Source: a virus | Virus record (IMG/VR): IMGVR_UViG_3300008266_000015 | Reading direction: 5' to 3' (one strand) | DNA length: 64,000 nt | In this document: one piece after another, positions 47,010-55,210 of the stretch | Numbering within the stretch: position 1 is the stretch's first letter | Layout: each line of letters starts with the position of its first letter | Program-made: the position numbers and the translations under genes | Notes under the pieces: model-generated | Databases searched by the model: none | Told to the model about the DNA's origin: nothing | What the model saw: the letters and a program-made list of their open reading frames with translations, nothing else

Positions 47010-47808
47010 CGACCCAAAAAAATCATTCGAATTAACACCATCAGAAACAGATCCTGAAACAGGTAGAGTTACTTTTGATGTTAAATACAATGCTGACTTC
47101 CCAGGAATATATAAAGCATTTAAAAAGCTTAACGAAGAATATAAGAAATTTTTATTATTTGATGAAGTAAAAAAAGATCCTAAATTTAAAGAGATATATA
47201 AAGGATTTAATTACTTATTCAATCAATATAAATCTCACATGAGGGAAAATTATCCTAAACAATATAGTCTTTTAAAAGCAGCAAACGAGGAAATGTTAAA
47301 GGAACTCGTTCAAAATTATTTAAAAGAAATGAGTGCCACAGGAGCAGGAGTAAATGCAGCTACTTATACATCAGGACAAAGTGAAAACACAGCTCAGAAA
47401 TATGCTTTTAATCCAAATAAAAAAGCAAAAGGAGCCCAAAATATCTATTACTATAAATTAGGATGGAAACCAGTTGATGCTGAAAAACTTCATAAGCAAG
47501 CCAAAGGTTTAGAACATAAAGATCTATGGACTAAAAAATTAGAAGAAAACGAATCAACTGACTCATACATAAATTCATTAAACATACAAGATCCGTCGTT
47601 AAAACAATTTATTGACACCAGAATGACCGATTTTGATAAGATTGAGGACAAATTAAATACATTACTTCCGTTGCTTAAAAGTGCTAAAACCGATACAATG
47701 GAATATTACAAAACCAATCCTGATTTTAAAATCAAATACGGTACCGATTTGGCAGTAGATTATTTAGATGATTTAATAACTTTATTTAAAGAAAAAAAAA
47801 TAACATGA
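46999..47808 (+). CDS. Putative internal head/prohead core protein
   Basis: Modules separated by YLKE|MSATG and KLEE. Confidence 0.7.
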   Translation: MESNDPKKSFELTPSETDPETGRVTFDVKYNADFPGIYKAFKKLNEEYKKFLLFDEVKKDPKFKEIYKGFNYLFNQYKSHMRENYPKQYSLLKAANEEMLKELVQNYLKEMSATGAGVNAATYTSGQSENTAQKYAFNPNKKAKGAQNIYYYKLGWKPVDAEKLHKQAKGLEHKDLWTKKLEENESTDSYINSLNIQDPSLKQFIDTRMTDFDKIEDKLNTLLPLLKSAKTDTMEYYKTNPDFKIKYGTDLAVDYLDDLITLFKEKKIT

Positions 47809-49814
47809 CACTTCAAGAACAATATAACTCAATTAAGAGTGGCAACGGAAATAAAGACCAATTCTTAAAACACGCTCGTAGCTTATTTCCAGAATACTTT
47901 AATCAATATACTGACTTTAATACAGCAACTAATGTATTGAAATCAAAACAAATCATTAGCGAAGCAGCAGGTGGTGTTGTAGCTAAAGGATTTGATATCT
48001 ACGATTGGAAGAAAATTTTAGCTGAAGAGGTTAAAGCCGAAGAAAAAGAAACTTCAAAAGAAGTTAAAGATAAACAAGCACACGCCTACGATAATTCAGA
48101 CACTAAAAATGCTGACAATATTAATTTCAATGAAATCATGAAAGGCTTTTATGCTGAAATGAGAGATGAGAAAAATGCTGGAAAAACAGGTGATGAAATT
48201 AAAGCTATGGTTGTTAAAAACTTAGCTAAGGATCCTTTATTCTATACTAAAGACGGAATGTTTGGAGTTAAAGGTGTAGGATATACAACTGAAGCTCCTG
48301 GTTTAGGTGAACCTAAAGAACCAAAAGGCAAACATAAAGCATCAGGATATGGTGATTTAGATACTGAAGTAAAAATTAAAGAGCCAAAATCAAATGTTCA
48401 AGACTCATTAGGTGATCAAGAAGCAGAAACTACAATGCCTAAAAAAGTAAAAGAAATGCCTGACAAAGGTGTTACTGGTGTAGAAAAGAGAATCAAATTA
48501 AAAGAAAATATCCAAGATAGAGCAGATGCAATTAATGATTTTGCTCGTTTAGTAAAAACAGGAACAAATGATGAGATAGCTAATACTTTTGAAAATAATA
48601 GAGATTACGAAACAACTATTAAAGTTTCCGAAATGATAAAAATCCTAAAAAAATATGGAAAATATGATGATATAATGAGCATGATAGATGATGATTTCAC
48701 CGATCCTGCTGGTGGAAGAGGTTTATCTAGTCATTTAGAAGAAAAAATTGGTATGTTCAATGATCCTATAGGATATAAAAAATCTGGATTAAGTGATATA
48801 GATAAAATGTTTACTAAGGAATTACAAAAAGACAATACATATACCATATATAAGAATGGAAAGATAGTAAAAACTGGAATTGAAGGTACTGGTAATGCTA
48901 ATGCATGGATAAATGATGAAATGAGAAAATTAAAAGAAGCAATGGATCAAGGTCCTGTATCTATTAAAGGAAAAACAGGTCCAACTGGTGGAACACAAAA
49001 GATTCCCCGTGCTTTATTTTTAGATAAAGAAGTAATTAGTACGATAAATGATGCTCAACCTGGAAGTATTAAATTAATTTCCAAACCAGGAGATAAACGT
49101 GTGTATATGTATGTTTCTTCATTTGTTAAAAATGCTTTAGATGAATTAGAGAGAGGTCGTTCTAGTAGAGAAAAACTTAAAAAACAATCTAAATTAGCAG
49201 ATGTACTTGCTGATAAACTTCCATCTGCTATTAGAGGTAAAATTAAAAAAGAAATTAATCCTAAAATGGATTCTGGTTTAAAAATGCATTATGTTGATTT
49301 AAATATATCTCCTAAAAAAGATAAAACAGGATATTGGGTTTTAGCTAAAGGTGAAAGTGCACCATTGGTAGCAGAACAAAAACTTCGTTCATTGATTCGT
49401 AATCTTATTAAGGAAGAATTAGTAAACGAAATATCACCTGAACTCTTTAAAAGAGCAACTGATGTATCTCGCGAACGAGGTCAAGATCGTAGAACAATGA
49501 ATATGGGTGAAACATTTTTTAACAAATTCAAAGGTAGACCTTTAATGGGTAGTACTATTGCAGATGTATCTTATGCTAAACCACAATCCGGTGATTATGA
49601 AGAAGTTATTGTAAAAATTGAAGTACCTTCATCTGTTGTTCCTGGCGAGACAAAATTTAGATTTATTTACTATGATGTTAGAAAAGACCAATGGGGTGTA
49701 GATAAAGAAATAACTAGAGCAGACGCTCGTATATTATCACTTATAGCTCAACATATCAATCCTGACACTCGATACAAATCAGGTGGTGAAGGATTCCAAA
49801 TTAAAGGATACTAA
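47805..49814 (+). CDS. Large modular putative internal head protein
   Basis: Many [LI]xE-bounded modules; EQKLRSLIRNLIKEELVNE; NLAKDPLFYTK. Confidence 0.7.
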   Translation: MTLQEQYNSIKSGNGNKDQFLKHARSLFPEYFNQYTDFNTATNVLKSKQIISEAAGGVVAKGFDIYDWKKILAEEVKAEEKETSKEVKDKQAHAYDNSDTKNADNINFNEIMKGFYAEMRDEKNAGKTGDEIKAMVVKNLAKDPLFYTKDGMFGVKGVGYTTEAPGLGEPKEPKGKHKASGYGDLDTEVKIKEPKSNVQDSLGDQEAETTMPKKVKEMPDKGVTGVEKRIKLKENIQDRADAINDFARLVKTGTNDEIANTFENNRDYETTIKVSEMIKILKKYGKYDDIMSMIDDDFTDPAGGRGLSSHLEEKIGMFNDPIGYKKSGLSDIDKMFTKELQKDNTYTIYKNGKIVKTGIEGTGNANAWINDEMRKLKEAMDQGPVSIKGKTGPTGGTQKIPRALFLDKEVISTINDAQPGSIKLISKPGDKRVYMYVSSFVKNALDELERGRSSREKLKKQSKLADVLADKLPSAIRGKIKKEINPKMDSGLKMHYVDLNISPKKDKTGYWVLAKGESAPLVAEQKLRSLIRNLIKEELVNEISPELFKRATDVSRERGQDRRTMNMGETFFNKFKGRPLMGSTIADVSYAKPQSGDYEEVIVKIEVPSSVVPGETKFRFIYYDVRKDQWGVDKEITRADARILSLIAQHINPDTRYKSGGEGFQIKGY

Positions 49815-49818
49815 AATT

Positions 49819-50436
49819 ATGAAGCCATTACTTATAGAAGTCACCCCATTCAATGTATCACCTAAATCACTTACTGAGTCTCGTGATAGGATATCTGGCA
49901 ACCCAATAGTTGAAGGGATATTAGCTACCTGTGAAGTAAAAAATGGTAATGGTAGATATTATGCTAAAGAGTTATGGGAACGTGAGATAGATAAGTATAT
50001 GGATATGGTTAGAGAAAATAGAGCTCTAGGTGAACTAGACCATCCAGATTCTCAAATCATTAACTTAAAAAATGTCTCCCACAATATTAAAAAAATATGG
50101 TGGAAAGGAGATATGGTAATGGGTGCAATTGAAATTCTACCTACACCATCAGGAAATATCCTTAAAGCATTAATTGAATCAGGTATTAAGGTAGGTGTTT
50201 CATCTCGTGGAATGGGTAGTTTAAAACAAGTAGGTGAAGTATTAGAAGTACAAGATGACTTTGAACTACTATGTTTTGATTTTGTTTCCACACCTTCAAA
50301 TCCAGGTTCATGGATGCATCCTGTAGGACAAATACATGAGGGATTATCTACATCAATTAATTCAAACCCCTATTCTAAAGTTAATTCTATACTTACTGAA
50401 ATACTTTGTTCAAACGGTACTTGTCCAATATTTTAA
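49819..50436 (+). CDS. Prohead core protease (T4 gp21-like)
   Basis: KNGNGRYY, ALGELDHP, GVSSRGMGS, DFVSTPS; start at MKPLLIE. Confidence 0.95.
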   Translation: MKPLLIEVTPFNVSPKSLTESRDRISGNPIVEGILATCEVKNGNGRYYAKELWEREIDKYMDMVRENRALGELDHPDSQIINLKNVSHNIKKIWWKGDMVMGAIEILPTPSGNILKALIESGIKVGVSSRGMGSLKQVGEVLEVQDDFELLCFDFVSTPSNPGSWMHPVGQIHEGLSTSINSNPYSKVNSILTEILCSNGTCPIF

Positions 50437-50438
50437 CT

Positions 50439-50612
50439 ATGGAACAACAACAATCAAATGAAGAATTTCTCCATATGCAAAAACTTGCAGGTTTAATTAC
50501 TGAAGAAGAATATAAAGCTCATTTATGGTATGATCAATATCTTAAAAATATATCTAAATCTTTTGAAAAATTAAAACAAACATTAAAAGATGAAGGTCAT
50601 GATATTAAATGA
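50439..50612 (+). CDS. Small head protein with scaffold-like peptide
   Basis: MEQQQSNEEFLHMQKLAGLITEEEY; start moved to 50439. Confidence 0.7.
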   Translation: MEQQQSNEEFLHMQKLAGLITEEEYKAHLWYDQYLKNISKSFEKLKQTLKDEGHDIK

Positions 50613-50721
50613 AGATAATAAATCAATTTTAGATTTAGTAAATTATATAGATTCTAAGATTATATCTCTTCGTAAAGAAAATAAACTTTTAGAAATAATT
50701 AATTTTTTAAATAAACTTTAA
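50599..50721 (+). CDS. Possible 40-aa protein
   Basis: MILNEDNKSILDLVNYIDSKIISLRKENKLLEIINFLNKL fills the gap before the terminator. Confidence 0.35.
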   Translation: MILNEDNKSILDLVNYIDSKIISLRKENKLLEIINFLNKL

Positions 50722-50749
50722 CCCCTCCTAAAATAGTCTTTTAGGACCG

Positions 50750-50779
50750 AGGCGCAGAAATGCGCCTTTCTTTTTTTTT
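50750..50779 (+). terminator. Intrinsic terminator
   Basis: AGGCGCA-GAAA-TGCGCCT plus long T-tract. Confidence 0.85.
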
Positions 50780-50805
50780 CTCTGCATTTTTGAATAATTT
50801 TTATA

Positions 50806-50813
50806 TATGTATA
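50806..50813 (+). promoter_or_regulatory. Late promoter variant TATGTATA for scaffold/capsid
   Basis: One mismatch to the motif; follows the terminator. Confidence 0.55.
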
Positions 50814-50918
50814 TTAGAATGTGCCCAATTTATGAGGCATTGCTTATAATAATTTTATTACGTTTCGAGGATTCTCCTCACATTAAACGTATTTCCAACA
50901 AACAAATTTAAGGAAAAA

Positions 50919-51893
50919 ATGGCAACAAACAGAGATTTGCTTAAAGAAGCAATCGCGGACGCTAAATCTGTTAAAGAAACAGCAATAGCAAACGCAAAAG
51001 CTGCTCTCGAAGAAGCATTCACTCCGTATCTTAAGGAAAAACTCTCCGCTAAACTCCAGGAAATGGAAAACGAAGAGGAAATTAAGATGGAGGAAATGTA
51101 TGAAGATGAGACAGAAGAAATGAAAGAAGAAAAAGAATCTATGGATGAAATTTCATTAGATGAACTTCTTGCTGAACTTGAAGATGAAGAAATAGAGGAA
51201 TCTATTTTCGAAGCTAAAGAGGAAGAAGAAGAATCCGAAGAAGAGGAATCTGAAGAGGAAATGTCTATTGAAGACATGGATGAAGATGATTTGAAATCTT
51301 TCATTGAAGATGTTATTAAAGACATGGTAGCTGCAGGTGAACTTGAAGCTGGTCATGAAGGTATGGAAAATGAAGAAGGTGCTGAAGAAGAAATAGATGC
51401 TGAAGAAGAAGAAATTGATGAAGAAGTTAATCTTGATGAACTTTTAGCTGAAGAAGAATTAGACGAAGAAATTGGTCTTGATGAACTTTTAGCTGAACTT
51501 GAAAGTGAAGAAGTTTATGAAGAAAAAGACAAGATGCAAGAGGAACTTGAAGAAGCTTATGAGGCAATCAAAACTCTTAAATCAGAACTTAACGAAATCA
51601 ATTTGTTGAATGCTAAACTTCTTTACACTAACAAAATCTTCCGTAATAAGTCTTTAACCGAGTCACAAAAAGTAAAGGTTTTAACAGCATTTGATAAAGC
51701 TACGTCTAAAAAAGAAGCACAATTAGTATATGAAACTCTATTAGAGAATTTGAAAACACCAGTTAAAAAATCTCCAATTCAAGAGTCATTAGGTTCCGCT
51801 TCTAAAGCATTAGGTACAGCTAAATCAACACCAATTATCGAAAACGATGCTTTCTCACGTATGCGTGAATTAGCATTCGGAAACAAAAAGTAA
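50919..51893 (+). CDS. Prohead scaffolding protein (gp22-like)
   Basis: Very acidic coiled coil between protease and MCP; C-terminal FSRMRELAFG. Confidence 0.85.
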   Translation: MATNRDLLKEAIADAKSVKETAIANAKAALEEAFTPYLKEKLSAKLQEMENEEEIKMEEMYEDETEEMKEEKESMDEISLDELLAELEDEEIEESIFEAKEEEEESEEEESEEEMSIEDMDEDDLKSFIEDVIKDMVAAGELEAGHEGMENEEGAEEEIDAEEEEIDEEVNLDELLAEEELDEEIGLDELLAELESEEVYEEKDKMQEELEEAYEAIKTLKSELNEINLLNAKLLYTNKIFRNKSLTESQKVKVLTAFDKATSKKEAQLVYETLLENLKTPVKKSPIQESLGSASKALGTAKSTPIIENDAFSRMRELAFGNKK

Positions 51894-51933
51894 AATTAAA
51901 CTAAAAACAAACTAAAAACAAATTTTAAAAACG

Positions 51934-53619
51934 ATGAGTTCAATCAATCAATTACTCGAATCCGCTAATCCGTGGAAATCACTTCAAAGTGATGCCGCTA
52001 GATTAGCAACCAAGTGGTCTAAAACAGGCTTACTTGAAGGCTTCGGTTCAGAGGTAGAAAAAAACAACATGGCTCTTATCCTCGAGAACCAAGCAAAACA
52101 ATTAGTAGTAGAAACTAGTCAAACTGGTGCTTCTCCAACTGCTGGTACATTTACTGTTGGTCAGTCTGAAAACTGGGCAGGTATCGCTCTTCCATTAGTA
52201 CGTAAAGTATTCGGATCGATTGCTGCTAAAGAATTCGTTTCTGTACAACCAATGAATTTACCTTCTGGACTAGTATTCTTTCTAGATTTCCAATACGGAA
52301 CTGATAAAAATCCATTCACATCAGGTAACTCACTTTATGGTGCTCGTAATGCAACTGGTCAATTCCCATTCCAAACAACTGGCACAACTGGTGGTTTATA
52401 TGGTGAAGGTCGTTTTACTTATTCTACTAACCAATTTTCATCATCTTTTTCAAGTTCATTAGCAGGTTACTCTGCTAATTCAGCTTCTTGGGCAGAAGTA
52501 AATTTTGATTCTGCTCTATCAGCATCAGCAGCAGCTTCAAGAATTATTAAAGTAACAGTTCCTACATCAGCTTCAATTTTAAGTAATTTTGATCCAGATG
52601 CAGTTAGAGGATTTGTATTAACTTCAGGTTCAAATTTCCCATTAGCTGGTACTTTACCTGCCTTTACTTCTTATAACTACACAGCTAACACTATTGCATT
52701 CTTTTTCACAGCCTCTGGAATTCCAGCAGCTGGTTCAACTTGGTTGATAGAATACAATAAAATTACAGCTGATAATAATCGTGGTGATTTTGAAGATACA
52801 ACTTCTCCTTCATTCTCAGTTCCAAATGCTGAAAGTGCATCTACAATTGTTATTCCAGAAATCAACATCAAGATGCAATCACAAGCGATTGTTGCTAAAA
52901 CTAAAAAGTTGAAAGCAGTATGGACACCTGAATTTGCTCAGGATCTTAACGCTTACCAGAACATCGATGCTGAAGCTGAATTGACTAACGTAATGAGTGA
53001 ATACATTTCAATGGAAATTGATTTAGAAATTCTTGATATGTTGATCGAAGATGCTGCAGCTGGAACAGAAGTATGGTCAGCTGTAAACAATCAATTTATT
53101 GATTTTGCTACAGGTACAATTACTAATGCTGCTGTAAGTAATAATGGATTCTACAACACTCAAGGTGGATGGTTCCAAACTCTTGGTACTAAAATGCAGA
53201 AAATTTCTAACAAGATTCACCAATTAACACTTCGTGGTGGTGCTAACTTCTTAGTATGTTCTCCAACAGTAGCAACAGTTCTTGAATCAATCCCAGGATT
53301 TGCTGCAAATACTAATGGTGATGCTGCAAACATGGAATACGCAATGGGTGTTCAGAAAGTAGGTGCTATCAATAACCGTTATACAGTTTATAAGAACCCT
53401 TATATGACTGAAAACGTTATCTTGATGGGATTCCGTGGTAAACAATTCCTAGAAACAGGTGCTGTGTTTGCTCCATATATTCCATTGATCATGACACCAC
53501 TTGTGTACGATCCAGCAACCTTCACTCCACGTAAAGGTTTAATGACTCGTTATGCTAAGAAAATGTTACGTCCTGAATTCTACGGTAAGATCTATGTTAG
53601 TGGTTTGAATACCCTATAA
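51934..53619 (+). CDS. Major capsid protein (T4 gp23-like)
   Basis: VQPMNLPSGLVF, KLKAVWTPEFAQDL, FAPYIPL, GLMTRY. Confidence 0.95.
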   Translation: MSSINQLLESANPWKSLQSDAARLATKWSKTGLLEGFGSEVEKNNMALILENQAKQLVVETSQTGASPTAGTFTVGQSENWAGIALPLVRKVFGSIAAKEFVSVQPMNLPSGLVFFLDFQYGTDKNPFTSGNSLYGARNATGQFPFQTTGTTGGLYGEGRFTYSTNQFSSSFSSSLAGYSANSASWAEVNFDSALSASAAASRIIKVTVPTSASILSNFDPDAVRGFVLTSGSNFPLAGTLPAFTSYNYTANTIAFFFTASGIPAAGSTWLIEYNKITADNNRGDFEDTTSPSFSVPNAESASTIVIPEINIKMQSQAIVAKTKKLKAVWTPEFAQDLNAYQNIDAEAELTNVMSEYISMEIDLEILDMLIEDAAAGTEVWSAVNNQFIDFATGTITNAAVSNNGFYNTQGGWFQTLGTKMQKISNKIHQLTLRGGANFLVCSPTVATVLESIPGFAANTNGDAANMEYAMGVQKVGAINNRYTVYKNPYMTENVILMGFRGKQFLETGAVFAPYIPLIMTPLVYDPATFTPRKGLMTRYAKKMLRPEFYGKIYVSGLNTL

Positions 53620-53644
53620 TATGATTTAATATAGAATCAAAATT

Positions 53645-53678
53645 GAGAAGCCGGACTAAGTCCGGCTTTTCTTTTTTT
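53645..53678 (+). terminator. Intrinsic terminator
   Basis: GAAGCCGGAC-TAA-GTCCGGCTTT plus T-tract. Confidence 0.85.
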
Positions 53679-53710
53679 CCCAATATTCATAATATTTATC
53701 AATAAAACAT

Positions 53711-54394
53711 ATGTCTCAAAATTCAAACGACGATATTTTCTTAGAGAAAAGAAAACCAAAAGGAGATATTAAATTTAAATTATCCCTAAATGAAGAACAA
53801 AAGGAAGCCAAACAAATAATTCTAGATAATCCAGTTGTATTAATAAAAGGAATGGCAGGTTCAGGTAAAACCTTAGTAGCCTGTCAGGTGGCCTTAGATA
53901 TGATTTTTAAAAAAGAAATGAATAAAATTATTATCACTAGAGCCACAGTATCAAAAGAAGATATTGGTTTTTTACCTGGTGATTTAAAAGAAAAAATGGA
54001 TCCATGGTTAGCTCCTATATATGCTAACTTATATTTACTATATGATAAGGAAAAAATCGATAAAATGATTTCAGAAAATCAAATCGAAGTAGTACCATTT
54101 GCGTTCATGCGTGGTAGAACATTTCCTAATGCGTTTGTAATCGTTGATGAATGTCAAAACATTACTCATAGCCAAACAGAAATGATGTTAGGACGTTTAG
54201 GTAAAGGTGGTAAAATTGTTTTTTGTGGTGATATAGCACAGGTGGATTTAAAAAGTAAAAAAGACTCTGGTATTGGATTTTTTCCACGACTTGAGGAACG
54301 AATTAAAGGCGTTAGAATTATTACTTTAAAGAAAAATCATCGTCATGAGATTGTAGAAGAAATTCTTAAAACATACGAAGAATTTAGGGATTAA
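53711..54394 (+). CDS. phoH: PhoH-like ATPase
   Basis: GMAGSGKT, IGFLPGDLKEK, FMRGRTF, DECQN, GDIAQVDL. Confidence 0.92.
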   Translation: MSQNSNDDIFLEKRKPKGDIKFKLSLNEEQKEAKQIILDNPVVLIKGMAGSGKTLVACQVALDMIFKKEMNKIIITRATVSKEDIGFLPGDLKEKMDPWLAPIYANLYLLYDKEKIDKMISENQIEVVPFAFMRGRTFPNAFVIVDECQNITHSQTEMMLGRLGKGGKIVFCGDIAQVDLKSKKDSGIGFFPRLEERIKGVRIITLKKNHRHEIVEEILKTYEEFRD

Positions 54395-54397
54395 CCA

Positions 54398-54405
54398 TAT
54401 TTATA
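54398..54405 (+). promoter_or_regulatory. Late promoter motif TATTTATA
   Basis: Recurrent motif. Confidence 0.65.
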
Positions 54406-54429
54406 TAGGACAAATTCTAATCAATAACA

Positions 54430-54918
54430 ATGGCTTCAACCCTTACTGTTAATATTGCTGAATCTATTACCCTAGAAAATGGTAATCAGATGAATACTTT
54501 TAATACAGTATCCATACCTAATATTAGTCAAATAATAAGACGTATAGATACAATAGCAACCACATTTTCGGGCTCAGGTATTGAAATTATAAAATTTGTT
54601 GATAGTGAAGAACAACAAACCGCAGGTTCATTTGTAAAATCAGATGTTAAATATTTAAGATTTACAAATATTTCCTCTACAGGTTCAGCAGAAATATATT
54701 TAATATCCACAGGAAATGAAAGTTCAATTTTTACATTAAATGCTGGAAAATCATTAATGTTTGACAACTCAGAATTTAATTCAACATCAACAAATGATTA
54801 TGTTGTTGAAGATTATGTTGATGAAACTTATTATTCTAGTTTTATATACTATGATACTATAAAAGCCAAAGCATTATCTTCATCAATCAAATTAGAATAC
54901 GTTGTTGCTTCTCTCTAA
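54430..54918 (+). CDS. Putative virion (decoration) protein
   Basis: Beta-rich; VKYLRFTN; late promoter. Confidence 0.65.
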   Translation: MASTLTVNIAESITLENGNQMNTFNTVSIPNISQIIRRIDTIATTFSGSGIEIIKFVDSEEQQTAGSFVKSDVKYLRFTNISSTGSAEIYLISTGNESSIFTLNAGKSLMFDNSEFNSTSTNDYVVEDYVDETYYSSFIYYDTIKAKALSSSIKLEYVVASL

Positions 54919-54939
54919 TATTAAAAATAACTTTATAAC

Positions 54940-55191
54940 ATGGCATTAACTTACAGACAAACTAAAGGTACAGCATTAACAATTGAAGAATTAGATGCTA
55001 ACTTCCAGTATTTTACTGGATCACATTCAATAACAGGATCATTAACAATATCAGGTTCAGTCACATCTTCACTTACATTATTTAATGTTCCCGAATATAT
55101 AGACCAATCGGCCGCTGTAGCCGCAGGGTTAACAACAGGAATGGTTTTTAGAAATGAGAATTTTCTCATGATAGTAACAGGTAGTATCTAA
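54940..55191 (+). CDS. Small virion fibre-type protein
   Basis: RQTKGTALTIEELDANF fibre N-terminal motif; TGS repeats. Confidence 0.65.
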   Translation: MALTYRQTKGTALTIEELDANFQYFTGSHSITGSLTISGSVTSSLTLFNVPEYIDQSAAVAAGLTTGMVFRNENFLMIVTGSI

Positions 55192-55210
55192 CTTAAAAAC
55201 CATATATAAA

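Noticed and set aside
42653-53619. Introns or inteins in TerL, portal or MCP
   Set aside because: Lengths and motif spacing look ordinary; no intein C...HN signatures or frame breaks seen.
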